A DNA stretch of 64,000 bases from Macrostomum lignano (taxonomy: Eukaryota), in contig NIVC01000281.1 in NCBI GenBank assembly GCA_002269645.1, forward strand, positions 19,809 through 83,808. The letters run 5' to 3'. How positions within the stretch are numbered: position 1 is the first letter of the stretch; each line of letters opens with the position of its first letter. Position numbers and translations under genes: made by a program. This document shows, piece after piece, positions 14,033 to 26,543 of this stretch. The notes beneath the pieces are model-generated. The model worked only from the letters and a program-made list of their open reading frames with translations. It did no database searches and had not been told where the DNA came from.

Positions 14033-14673
14033 ACCAGGGGGCGCTGGAACAGGGTGCCAAAACCTGATACAATATAAGAGGGTGCCTAGTAGTGTTCATT
14101 TGAATTTGTGTTAAGACTGCTGTTCATTAAACAAAGGCTCGTTAATGCCCCATCGAATGAGCCATAAAACCAGGCGACTCGATGAACTGAACAAATGACA
14201 AACCGCGCAGTGGCAAAACGTTGCCCTAATTTAAAAACGGTCTGAACGAGCCATTAAACAAGACAAACGCAAGCAGATGTCATTATAGTAGGTTACTTTT
14301 GCTGCTTATATTTTCAAAGAAATGTCGACACAAACTGCAGATGAGAGTGTGCGCTACGAGCCTTGACTACATGTACGCTCTCTCAGTAAGCTCTCCTCTC
14401 TTTCGGAAGGAAGCGGTGCTCCATGAGCTTGTACTCTTGTCTGTCCCTTCTCTCTCCCTTCCTCTCCTAAGGCAAGTATATTCTTGCCAACCCAGCGTAC
14501 AGCCAGAGTGCTTTCAGCTAAAAAAAAATGAGCACTGAGAATACAAACAGTCATTCCGCCCATTTACCGGTTTGCTACATGAGCTTTGCGCCTAGACTGG
14601 AATTATTTTAGTGATTATAGCTCGCGCATATGTACTACGCTTTTTGGCTAGACGAGCCCCCCCCTCTGAGAGC

Positions 14674-14741
14674 TATAAATAATATTGATTAGCAATCTGT
14701 GCTGGACAAGAATTGAATTGACTCATTGAAAAGTTGACTCA
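14674..14741 (+). promoter_or_regulatory. Putative TATA box and two tandem TGACTCA (AP-1-like) motifs upstream of the PCIF1-like ATG
   Basis: TATAAAT at 14674; TGACTCA at 14719 and 14735, produced by a 16-bp tandem duplication. Motif match only. Confidence 0.3.
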
Positions 14742-14747
14742 TTGAAA

Positions 14748-17700
14748 ATGTCTCAAGCTGCGGTTGAGTTACAAAACAGCAAAGCTGCCGGTGCCGATCA
14801 ACTTCAACTGGTCGAGGTAGAGCGAATCGTCGCATCCGAGCTGCTGCTCCGCGAGTTGAACCTCTGGCGCCTGACTCGGCGACTTTGTCGGGTGTTTGTT
14901 CAAGTGGGCGACGGACCAATGCATCGGACTCGAGAGAAAGACCAGGCCGAGGCCAGGAACATCTTTGATCGCTGGCTCCTGTCCTTTCAACTGGAGAGTC
15001 GCAGCGAAGAAGCTTGTGGAGCTCGTTCGCTGTCACTACCAATTTTCCCAGGTCTATTGGGCACTGAAACGTTCGCTAGCCAAAAGTTGGTCTGTATTAG
15101 TCATGCGTATTTTTACTGCCATTTTTGTTTTGCTGTATGTTTCCTAGCAATTAGCAAAACATCTGAGCAACCCCCTTAAGCCACGGCATTTCAGCCAGTC
15201 CCCAATGACCATTGACTCCTAAAGTTGCATATTGTGCTCCATACAAACAAGACCCATGAACACAAGGTACAAAGGACGCTACGTGCACACTGGATTTTCC
15301 TAGAAATGAGCTGGGGCTGGTAAAGAATGTTGTTGTCGTATCGCTGGTTCATTTAGTAATTTAGCCGGCCTTTAGCAAATCGACGACGAAAACGAGCGTT
15401 CTACTCCTTTTTGCATTCAATTTTGAACTAGGAGCTATCAAAACTGACAAATCGCTATTCAATTTCAACGTTGAGGGGTTCAAAAGTCGGTTTTTAGTGC
15501 TCATATTTCTTAGCCACGATGCATGTACCGTCACGGAAAAATTTCTGATCGAATGGTGCAAGTTCGAAGAAAATCGGTCAAGCCTTTTGGGAGATAATTG
15601 ATTGCGCACATACAAGATTTTCATTTTTAGTATATGGAAAAAAAGATGGATGTCCAGGCAACGAGTGCACGTGTATTTAGCAGCATTAAAATCACGATAC
15701 CATATTGCTCATGCATTAAATTACTTTAGCCAATACGCGATCACAAGCCGTTTAAACACGCTTTTACACATTTAAATCGTGTTATGTCAATTGTAACACG
15801 ATATAAATATGTAAAAGCGTACAATATCAATGTCAATTGTAATACGAGGTACGATATAAATGTGTAAAAGCGTGCATTAAACGCTAAAAGCATTTAGAAA
15901 TATTGAAATATCTATGGTCAAAAGTGGGTTTTGAAAGTCTTTAAAGCCAGAAGCTGAAGCTACGAGCGTAAATATGGTTTAGCTGCGTTTTATACTCCAC
16001 TCATCTGCCGCTCCATTGAAACGAACCATGATCTACGAGGCTTCTACTGGTGTGTTAATAGGTCTTCTGCAAATGCACTGAGCAGCCAATAGCCGTCGTC
16101 GGGCGCAGTTTGGAGACGCAGCAGACGCTTGCTTCTGCGATTTCTGGTACTTTCTACAACTGCCAATTTCACGTGCACATTAATAATAAGCCATGAGGCA
16201 TAAGAAATAGGTAACTGAGGCATACTGCCTTAACTGCTGTTGCTTCTAATGTTGCTTTTATTGCTTGCGTTATACGTTATGCAGTGCTAAATATAGCTTT
16301 GAATATCTGGCCTCTTAGCGTTTGTTTCGTCCATAGACATTTGAATTGTGCAACAATCAGGCTTGATTGGTATACCTCTAAAAACCCCTCCAAAATGATA
16401 CAATACTACTTAATACTTGGTATTGAATCCTATATTCCAATCGCTGTCTGTGGAACAAGCCTGGTAGCATACGTATACGCTCGTATGTTTGTATGCTTAG
16501 AGGTCAGCTCAAAGGGCAATCTTAATTGCCTACTCTCCGAGTTGGCTGTCTCCATTGAGCAAGAAAACTTTTTCCCGACAGATCGATGAGTGCGTGGAAA
16601 AGAAGTTCAGCGCGTCCCGAAGCAACGCGCAGCGAATCGCTCGGGTCCTGGTAGACGCGGTGTCTCAGTTTGAGCAGACAATCGACCAGCTGATCCAATC
16701 ATCAGATCGGCAGCCAGGCAATGCAGGCGGCGTCAGTGTGGTCTTCTTGGAACGGCGACGCCAACAGAATGGTGACCTCGGAGATGACAGCGAGTGCAAG
16801 GAATCGGAGGTTGAAGGACAGCTGCTTATTGGCTGTGAGTTAAAGCACACTGTGTACTTAATATTTTTTCTGAGACTGTTTTAGTTCGGCAGTTGATTTG
16901 ATTTATTGATTGATTTTCAAACCTCAACCTCTCTGCAGGTCACCAAAACTCTTTAAGTCTGTCTGATGGCTACGCCAGTCCATGCTGTCCTAGAATCAGC
17001 TTTCTGGTAAGAAATTTCGGCTTAAAAGCTACGGCCCGGATGCTGTTACGGTACGAGACTCTGGGCACAGGCAGCCTGCAGTGGGGCGACCCGGTCACGG
17101 TGCACCACGCACTGTACGAACACATGGGCGTGCGCTATGAAGGATTCGCATCGCCTTTGAACTCGAAACTGCTTGGAAAACCGGACGTCGCATTTTGCAG
17201 CCTGTTCCCGGACACGGACGCTCCGTTTGGCAGCCTTGGCGACTTCTTCGCCGTGGACTTCAGCCGCTATCCAGGAGGCTGGACTGTCAATCCACCTTTT
17301 ATCGAGGAGCTAATGTTGCAAGTCGCCAACAAGGTGTTGGACTATTTGAACAGGTATTTGAACGTGTTTGAGTATATTCTATAGATATACGACTCATAAA
17401 TGTACTCATATGTGTACATCCGGAATGGATGTTGAATAAATCCGGTATGAATGTTGCATACATCCGATCTGACATTCTTAGTTCATCCGGTATGAAGGTT
17501 GCATACATCCGATCTGACATTCTTAGTTCATCCGGTATGAATGTTGCATACATCCGATCTGACATTCTTAGTTCATCCGGTATGAATGTTGCATACATCC
17601 GATCTGACATTCTTAGTTCATCCGGTATGAATGTTGCATACATCCGATCTGACATTCTTAGTTCATCCGGTATGAATGTTGCATACATCCGATCTGACAT

Positions 17701-19277
17701 TCTTAGTTCATCCGGTATGAATGTTGCATACATCCGATCTGACATTCTTAGTTCATCCGGTATGAATGTTGCATACATCCGATCTGACATTCTTAGTTCA
17801 TCCGGTATGAATGTTGCATACATCCGATCTGACATTCTTAGTTCATCCGGTATGAATGTTGCATACATCCGATCTGACATTCTTAGTTCATCCGGTATGA
17901 ATGTTGCATACATCCGATCTGACATTCTTAGTTCATCCGGTATGAATGTTGCATACATCCGATCTGACATTCTTAGTTCATCCGGTATGAATGTTGCATA
18001 CATCCGATCTGACATTCTTAGTTCATCCGGTATGAATGTTGCATACATCCGATCTGACATTCTTAGTTCATCCGGTATGAATGTTGCATACATCCGATCT
18101 GACATTCTTAGTTCATCCGGTATGAATGTTGCATACATCCGATCTGACATTCTTAGTTCATCCGGTATGAATGTTGCATACATCCGGTATGACGTTCTTA
18201 GTGCATCCGGTATAACATGCTGAGAACAACCGGGATTACATGCTTAGTACATCCGGGCTGACATCTTAGTACATCCGGTACGACATGCCGAGTACATCCG
18301 GGATGAAATGCTTAGTACATCTGGTACGATATGCACACCATATGCACACCAGTTAGTTACATGAACTTTGTGCTCCTGCCTAGAAGCCCGCACGTACACT
18401 CTACAGTCAAGCACTATTATCGGTGCTCAGTGTGTTCCAACATCTCATTCCTTCACCCCTCGATTGTTCCCAGAGATGCCAGCGGCGCCTGCTGGTTCTT
18501 CGTCACCTTCCCGTGCTGGGGTGACTCCCCGGGCTGGCAGCGGCTGGCGGAATCCAAGCACAAACTGCAGCAGCTCTACCTGTCGCCGAAGACGTTCACA
18601 GTGCAGGTGAAAATCTCATGATAGGCTGCGAAATGCCCGATATTGAAATTGAATCACTGATCAGTAATATTTTGACGATCTGATATGAGCGTATGTACTT
18701 CGATCTTCGATATAAGTACATAAGTACATTTAAGTTCGATATCAGCTACGAAAGCTGACTCTTCCACTCTCTTCCACTCTCTTCCACTCTCTTCCACTCT
18801 CTTCCACTCTCTTCCACTCTCTTCCACTCTCTTCCACTCTCTTCCACTCTCTTCCACTCTCTTCCACTCTCTTCCACTCTCTTCCACTCTCTTCCACTCT
18901 CTTCCACTCTCTTCCACTCTCTCTCCACTCTCTTCCACTCTCTTCCACTCTCTTCCACTCTCTTCCAATTTCTTTTTCCGATTTTCCGATTTTGCTTTCT
19001 GTATCCTTCTCCAATCTTAATAACTGATGTCGTTTGGCAGTCGCTCACCCGCTGCATTTGCTGCCTAAACAAACAAACTTTTGCTCAAACTCCAAAGGAC
19101 TGCTACGGTAGCGTACTCCGCCCGCGTATGGCGCTCAGCATCTTCGCCATGGGCCGGCGGCTGCCCAGCATTGCTGATTGGAACGGCATCATCAAGCAGT
19201 GCTTCACCTGTACCGATGTGGACAGCGTCCGCGCTGCGTGGATGGAGCACTGCCTGACACTGCCTGACACTGCCTGA
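14748..19277 (+). CDS. PCIF1/CAPAM-like SAM-dependent N6-adenosine methyltransferase, ~440 aa, no WW domain
   Basis: Exons 14748-15089, 16582-16834, 16939-17353, 18474-18606, 19098-19277 are phase-compatible GT-AG (1323 nt). Motifs YEGFASPLNS, FCSLFPDTDAPFGSLGDFF, catalytic NPPF(IEELM) and FFVTFPCW match the PCIF1 methyltransferase domain. The exon 1 donor (GTCTGT) is weak. Confidence 0.82.
17435..18188. repeat. 45-bp homogeneous minisatellite in intron 3 of the PCIF1-like gene (~17 units)
   Basis: Unit CATACATCCGATCTGACATTCTTAGTTCATCCGGTATGAATGTTG; degenerate ~22-bp half-units follow to ~18330. Confidence 0.95.
18759..18966. repeat. (CTCTTCCACT)n 10-bp array in intron 4 of the PCIF1-like gene
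   Basis: Directly visible. Confidence 0.95.
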
Positions 19278-19704
19278 CACTGCCTGACACTGCCTGACAC
19301 TGCCTGACACTGCCTGACACTGCCTGACACTGCCTGACACTGCCTGACACTGCCTGACACTGCCTGACACTGCCTGACACTGCCTGACACTGCCTGACAC
19401 TGCCTGACACTGCCTGACACTGCCTGACACTGCCTGACACTGCCTGACACTGCCTGACACTGCCTGACACTGCCTGACACTGCCTGACACTGCCTGACAC
19501 TGCCTGACACTGCCTGACACTGCCTGACACTGCCTGACACTGCCTGACACTGCCTGACACTGCCTGACACTGCCTGACACTGCCTGACACTGCCTGACAC
19601 TGCCTGACACTGCCTGACACTGCCTGACACTGCCTGACACTGCCTGACACTGCCTGACACTGCCTGACACTGCCTGAAACTTCCTGACACTGCCTGACAC
19701 TGCC
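19248..19704. repeat. (CACTGCCTGA)n 10-bp array overlapping the 3' end of the PCIF1-like CDS
   Basis: Directly visible; the in-frame TGA at 19275-19277 lies inside the array. Confidence 0.95.
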
Positions 19705-20019
19705 GTTCACGGCCTGTCGTTTCTGTCCTGTCCGGGACTTCATCCAATGAGCGCCACTTGCGAACCGCGGTTTTGATCAGAATTCAATTGCAACCTTACT
19801 ATTGTGGACAAGAACGTTTCTGCCGACTTTTTCTCATTCAAATTATGCATGAAAAACTATGCTTAATACATTAAGATCTTTTCTGATCAATCAATTTTTC
19901 TTAGAGTACATCGTAAATCCTGGCTTTTGTTTAACACAATAAGTGCCTTTCTGTTTATTTTTAATAAAGTTTGCTTGTCTATTTTCAAAAATATTCGAGT
20001 ATATTATTATGCTATTTAG

Positions 20020-21450
20020 GATCGAGGATTTGGGATCTGGGATCTGGGATCGGGGATCTGGGATCGGGGATCTGGGATCGGGGATCTGGGATCGGGGATC
20101 TGGGATCGGGGATCTGGGATCGGGGATCTGGGATCGGGGATCTGGGATCGGGGATCTGGGATCGGGGATCTGGGATCGGGGATCTGGGATCGGGGATCTG
20201 GGATCGGGGATCTGGGATCGGGGATCTGGGATCGGGGATCTGGGATCGGGGATCTGGGATCGGGGATCTGGGATCGGGGATCGGGGATCTGGGATCGGGG
20301 ATCTGGGATCGGGGATCTGGGATCGGGGATCTGGGATCGGGGATCTGGGATCGGGGATCTGGGATCGGGGATCTGGGATCGGGGATCGGGGATCTGGGAT
20401 CGGGGATCTGGGATCGGGGATCTGGGATCGGGGATCTGGGATCGGGGATCTGGGATCGGGGATCTGGGATCGGGGATCTGGGATCGGGGATCTGGGATCG
20501 GGGATCTGGGATCGGGGATCTGGGATCGGGGATCTGGGATCGGGGATCTGGGATCGGGGATCTGGGATCGGGGATCTGGGATCGGGGATCTGGGATCGGG
20601 GATCTGGGATCGGGGATCTGGGATCGGGGATCTGGGATCGGGGATCTGGGATCGGGGATCTGGGATCGGGGATCTGGGATCGGGGATCTGGGATCGGGGA
20701 TCTGGGATCGGGGATCTGGGATCGGGGATCTGGGATCGGGGATCTGGGATCGGGGATCTGGGATCGGGGATCTGGGATCGGGGATCTGGGATCGGGGATC
20801 TGGGATCGGGGATCTGGGATCGGGGATCTGGGATCGGGGATCTGGGATCGGGGATCTGGGATCGGGGATCTGGGATCGGGGATCTGGGATCGGGGATCTG
20901 GGATCGGGGATCTGGGATCGGGGATCTGGGATCGGGGATCTGGGATCGGGGATCTGGGATCGGGGATCTGGGATCGGGGATCTGGGATCGGGGATCTGGG
21001 ATCGGGGATCTGGGATCGGGGATCTGGGATCGGGGATCTGGGATCGGGGATCTGGGATCGGGGATCTGGGATCGGGGATCTGGGATCGGGGATCTGGGAT
21101 CGGGGATCTGGGATCGGGGATCTGGGATCGGGGATCTGGGATCGGGGATCTGGGATCGGGGATCTGGGATCGGGGATCTGGGATCGGGGATCTGGGATCG
21201 GGGATCTGGGATCGGGGATCTGGGATCGGGGATCTGGGATCGGGGATCTGGGATCGGGGATCTGGGATCGGGGATCTGGGATCGGGGATCTGGGATCGGG
21301 GATCTGGGATCGGGGATCTGGGATCGGGGATCTGGGATCGGGGATCTGGGATCGGGGATCTGGGATCGGGGATCTGGGATCGGGGATCTGGGATCGGGGA
21401 TCTGGGATCGGGATCTGGGATCGGGATCTGGGATCGGGGATCTGGGATCT
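20020..21450. repeat. (GGGGATCTGGGATC)n 14-bp minisatellite at the inner end of the right arm
   Basis: Reverse complement of the 13527-14032 array, about three times longer. Confidence 0.95.
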
Positions 21451-21901
21451 GTCACATTGTGGGCAATTTTAATCATTTTAGCAGCAAAAATGTCCTTGAC
21501 TTGCACCGCAGAAGTTAATGGCCTTGGCTGTTTAGGTTTCACCTGCGCTTTCCCGCAACTGCAGGCCAACCTTGGAGAAATCAAGAAGCCGAAGCTTTTC
21601 ACGCGTGTTTATAGTAGATTTCGGTGAACAGATAGCTCAGGCTGTCTCTTGCTATGCAGTTATGGTGCCGAAGTCGTAGATAAGGTCCAAAAGGGACGCC
21701 TTTTGCCAGTTTTATCTATTCTGCAGACAAAAGTTAACACCGGTTCAATTTTTAAGTAACAAAGCAGTTAAAGAATTTTCTTTGAAAAGAGGCGGCACTG
21801 CTTCAGGCGGCAGCACAAGGCCAATTTTTCGCTTCGATTTAGCCTTCAAAGTTCAAAAAGTCAAGTTTAAATTAACAAATTCTATTTTAACTCCGACAGC
21901 G

Positions 21902-24900
21902 ATGGATAAAACTGAAGCTGGTAAGTAAAACAAGTTTGAATGTAGTAAGAAATGTAGTAAAATATTAGTGCCTCTCATATTACAACCCCTCAATAGCGGC
22001 CCTCATTAGAGCCCCCTCTTATTAGCGCCCCTAATTAGCGCCCCTCATTGGCGCCTCATCCACCCTTTAAAATTCTATTTTTAGAAACATCCGGCCAGCT
22101 CCAAGCCGCTGAGTTCGGCAGGCCGATGCTTGAGCAGCACTTTCCTCACGTGGCTCGCCGTGGCGTCCTCATGCTGAACAATGGCTCGTTCGGGGTGGCA
22201 CCGAAGAGCGTTCTGGATTGCAAACTGCGGTACAAATGATTCCTGATCCCTTGAAGTAATGAATACATGAAATGCTGAGATTTCTCAAATTCTCAGAGTT
22301 CTCAGAGATTCTAAAAAGTCCTAAGGACGTTTCTAATACTTTCTAATACTTAAAATTATTTGTGGCGGCCGTCTGACATCCCTTAGCGGATCCCTCAGAC
22401 ACCCTTAGCGGATCCCTCAGACACCCTTAGCGGATCCCACAGACACCCTTAGCGGATCCCTCAGACACCCTTAGCGGATTCCACAGACACCCTTAGCGGA
22501 TCCCACAGACACCTTAGCGGATCCTGCGCAGACACTCTTAGCGGATCGCACAGACACCCTTAGCGGATCCCACAGACACCCTTAGCGGATCCCACAGACA
22601 CCTTAGCGGATCCTGCGCAGACACCCTTTGCGGATCCCACAGACACCCTTAGCGGATCCCACAGAAAGCCTTAGCGGATCCCTTAGACACCCTTAGCGGA
22701 TCCATCAGACAGCCTTAGCGGATCCCTCAGTCAGCCTTAGCGGATCCTTCAGACACTGCCTTCAGCCTTCCGCTTCAAATATTTTATAAGACAGTTCTTC
22801 CTCCTACTTGAGCCTACTTGAGCATTCTCTTTGATCTGCCGCCCGCAGACTCACTGAAGAGTTCGAGTCGTTCGCCGACGAGTTCGTTCGACTCCGCCAG
22901 GTGGATCTGAACTACAGCAGCCTGGAGGCCATCGCCAGCCGCCTGCGGGTGCGGCCGCAGCAGTGCACCCTGCTGGAGAATGTCACCATCGGAGTGTCCA
23001 ACATTCTGCGCCGACTGTTGGCCCTGGAGCCGCCCGGCTCCCAGGTGCTCGTCAACTCCTGGACCTACATCGCCGTCAGGATGGCTGCCACGGAGGCCGG
23101 GGAGGCGCCCGAAGCAAAGCTTCAACTGCCGCTGAAGTCGGGCGAGGACGTGCTGCGGGCGGTCGAGCAGGAGCTGGACAGGAGGCCGAAAGTTCGAATT
23201 GCCGTGTTCGGTGCGACCCCACTGGGGATTTTGGGAATGTAGCTGGGGGACAGGTGATGAGGTGGGTGACCCAGGTGACAGTTAGAGTGACACAGGTGAC
23301 AGGTAGAGTGACACAGGTGACAGGTAGGGTGACACAGGTGACAGTTAGGGTGACACAGGTGACAGAGTGACACAGGTGACAGGTAGGATGACACAGGTGA
23401 CAGTTAGGGTGACACAGGTGACAGTTAGAGTGACACAGGTGACAGGCAGGGTGACACAGGTGACAGGCAGGGTGACAGATGCTGCGCAGCTAGGGCTCCC
23501 AGCAACGCTTATCCGACATCCCCTATTTAGACCATATCACGAGCACCACGGCTTGCCTGATGCCAGTGAAGGAGCTCACAGCCCTGTGTCGCAGCCGGGG
23601 CATCAAGGTGATCATCGATGGGGCCCATGCCATCGGCCAGGTGCCAAACCTGGACATCGAGGACATCGGCGCCGACTTCTACCTCGGCAACCTCAACAAG
23701 TGGCACTTCCTGCCGAAATCAGTCGCTCTGATGTGGATTAGCGAGGCTCACGTGAGCACCATGAAACCCGACATTGTCTCCTGGCTGCTCCATGACGAGG
23801 TACTGCCGCACAGGTACTCCTACCTGGGCACCAGGGACACCAGCAGCTTCTACGTCATCCCGGAAGCTTTGAAGTTTGTCGACGAGATTTGCGGCGGTCT
23901 GGTGAGTGTCTGCTGGCCAATTGGGGCTGCTCAACAACTGTGAAGCATACCTCTGTTACCTTCACCAATGCACATCAGGACAGAGTTTACGAATACTGCC
24001 GCAGCCTTGCTGATGAGGCCAGCAGCTATCTGGCCGGATTCTGGGGCACCGACCTGCTGCCCCTGCCGGCTGAAATGCAGGCGCCGTTCATGCGCCTCAT
24101 CCGCCTACCCCAGCATCTTCAGAGGCCCGCCATCAAGAAGTTTGTGAGTTCTTCTTTGGAGAGGTCGAGTTTGTGACCTCCTCTCTTCTCTTCTCTCCTC
24201 TCCTGTCCTCTCTTCTACTTTCCTTTCCTCTCCTCTCCTCTCCTCTCCTCTCCTTTCCTTTCCTCTCCTCTCCTCTCCTCTCCTCTCCTCTCCTCTCCTC
24301 TCCTCTCCTCTCCTCTCCTCTCCTCTCTTCTCTTCTCTTCTCCTCTCCTATCCTCTCCTCTCCTCTCTCCTCTCCTCTCCTCTCCTCTCCTCTCCTCTCC
24401 TCTCCTCTCCTATTCTCCCTCTCCTATCCTCTCCTCTCATCTCCTCTCCTCTCTCCTCTCATCTCCTCTCTTTCCCTCTCCTCTCTTCTCCTTTCCTCTC
24501 CTCTCCTCTCCTCTCCTCTCCTCTACTATCCTCTCCTCTCCTCTCCTCTCCTCTCCTCTCCTCTTCTCTCCTCTCCTCTCCTCTCCTCTCCTCTCCTCTC
24601 CTCTTCTCTCCTCTCCTCTCCTCTCCTCTCCTCTCCTCTCCTCTCCTCTCCTCTCCTCTCCTCTCCTCTCCTCTCCTCTCCTCTCCTCTCTTCTCCTCTC
24701 CTCTCCTCTCCTCTCCTCTACTATCCTCTCCTCTCCTCTCCTCTCCTCTCCTCTCCTCTCTTCTCTTCTCTTCTCCTCTCCTCTCCTCTCCTCTCCTCTC
24801 CTCTTCTCCTCTCTCCTCTACTCTACTCTCTCCTTCGCAACCTGAAATCGCAGGCAGAGGAGACGAGATTCGAGAGCAACATGTGGAAATTCGTGGCCTA

Positions 24901-25048
24901 CAAGCTCAAAATGGACCTGCTGATTCTCAACATCGAGGACTCGCTGTTCATCCGCATCGCCGCCTCCATTGTCGTTGACATGAACGACATTCGACTGGTG
25001 GGCGACACAATGATGAGGCTGAAGGAGACCGACTTTGTTTTGGACTGA
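21902..25048 (+). CDS. Class-V PLP-dependent lyase (Egt2 hercynylcysteine-sulfoxide-lyase / isopenicillin-N-epimerase / L-cysteine-desulfhydrase-like), intact copy B, 418 aa
   Basis: Exons 21902-21920, 22085-22229, 22849-23210, 23531-23901, 23979-24143, 24854-25048 give an open 1257-nt frame. Motifs LNNGSFG, AVFDHITS, IDGAHAIGQ and DFYLGNLNKW (PLP lysine). Confidence 0.88.
22375..22755. repeat. ~22-bp minisatellite in intron 2 of lyase copy B
   Basis: CCCTTAGCGGATCCCACAGACA units. Confidence 0.88.
24177..24832. repeat. (CTCTC)n microsatellite in the last intron of lyase copy B
   Basis: Directly visible. Confidence 0.95.
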
Positions 25049-25677
25049 TTTTCCCTAGTGAAGAAACTCTTCCAGAGAACTCTTTTTTAATAAACTTCTA
25101 GAGAACTATAATACTTACTTGTGGCTTGTACGCTCGTAGCAGAATATCATACAGCAGTGAGAGGTTTTGCATAGAATGTAACTGTATTTTACATATATAT
25201 GTGATAACTTTGGGACAAATAAAGGTGAATTACATGTACTTCTTGAGATGCTGTTACTTAAGTTGATTGACCTGCTTGTGGCGTTCTGACGGAGCGAGTT
25301 CGCGTAGACGAGCTGGGCTGCTATTGTTGGCTAGCGGAGCTCAGAGTCATATATTAGAATGATAAAACAGTGTTGCCGAATTTCTTTTTGATGGAGGAGA
25401 AATAGAAACTTATTGTAACGAAATATCCGATGATTAGTATATTTAACGATTGCACCAGTATATTAGGAATTGGACGACACCAACTTAGCCACACATCACA
25501 CCTACGCCTCACCAAGGTATAACTTAATAGATAACAGCATTTAAATTTGTGCCAAGAAGACTCCGATAAAACAAAATCTATGCATTTTAACTTTGATTTA
25601 TAAACAGAAGAAAACAGTTAATAAATAAATTACATACATTTGGAATACTTGATAATTGAAATTACGAAACCGTTACA

Positions 25678-25688
25678 CTCGCCTCCCT
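25678..25688 (-). promoter_or_regulatory. Polypurine tract (AGGGAGGCGAG) of the Gypsy element
   Basis: Purine-rich run abutting the 3' LTR on the minus strand. Confidence 0.75.
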
Positions 25689-25946
25689 AATAATAACAGC
25701 AAAGGAATTTATTTAAACTATTGAAAATCGAACGATGGAATAAAATACAGCTGAGCCGATTACAAAAACAAGGGAACGACACTCATCATGAAAACTACAC
25801 TCAAATGCTTACATATTGGGGCTTAAAACATGTAGGATGAAACAAAAAATTCCTGTAGGCTGATAAGCAAAATATATAAAGCGAGTCAGAGCCAATGACA
25901 GGTCAGAGCAATAAGCAGTTAGAGTTAAATTTCGCCAGCGCAGCAG

Positions 25947-26173
25947 CGACCAGGATGTCGCCAGCGGTGACGCGACCAGGATGTCGCCAGCGGGGACGCG
26001 ACCAGGATGTCGCCAGCGGGGACGCGACCAGGGTGTCGCCAGCGGGGACGCGACCAGGATGTCGCCAGCGGGGACGCGACCAGGATGTCGCCAGCGGGGA
26101 CGCGACCAGGATGTCGCCAGCGGGGACGCGACCAGGATGTCGCCAGCGGGGACGCGACCAGGATGTCGCCAGC
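25947..26173. repeat. 26-bp GC-rich tandem array (~8 units) in the 3' UTR of the Gypsy element
   Basis: Unit CCAGGATGTCGCCAGCGGGGACGCGA; no spacers. Confidence 0.93.
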
Positions 26174-26543
26174 CACGAACGAAGCCAGCCCACAAGACAG
26201 CACAGCAAGCACAAAACACAAAACAAGCCGAAACCGCCGAAAGAGAGACGCAAACTCCACCAGCACAGCAGCAACACAGAACAGACAAAACAGACAGCAA
26301 ACTAACCCCCCCCCCCTAACAGAAAGAAGAACGAAAAAAACAAAGACCACACGCTACTCAGAACCCCGACTCCGATAGCACCGATTGATGATGGACGACA
26401 GAAACCTGGCTGGCCTGCGCACAACCCGACCAGACCTGGTGGTGATAATCGGCGCCGCCACTTCTTCAGAGGACTGAGAATGAGAGCTCGTGGTCCCAGA
26501 GCTGCTTTCCCGCGGCTCCAGTTTGATGTCAAAACGTTCTTCG

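Noticed and set aside
15330-15655. Resemblance to DINE-1/Lep1-type Helitron-derived ends (AAGTTCGAAGAAAATCGGTCAAGCC...TATATGG)
   Set aside because: Single copy in the window with no definable termini; resemblance only
25947-26173. 26-bp, 44-bp, 45-bp and 37-bp arrays as CRISPR repeats
   Set aside because: Units abut with no unique spacers, there are no cas genes, and the context is eukaryotic
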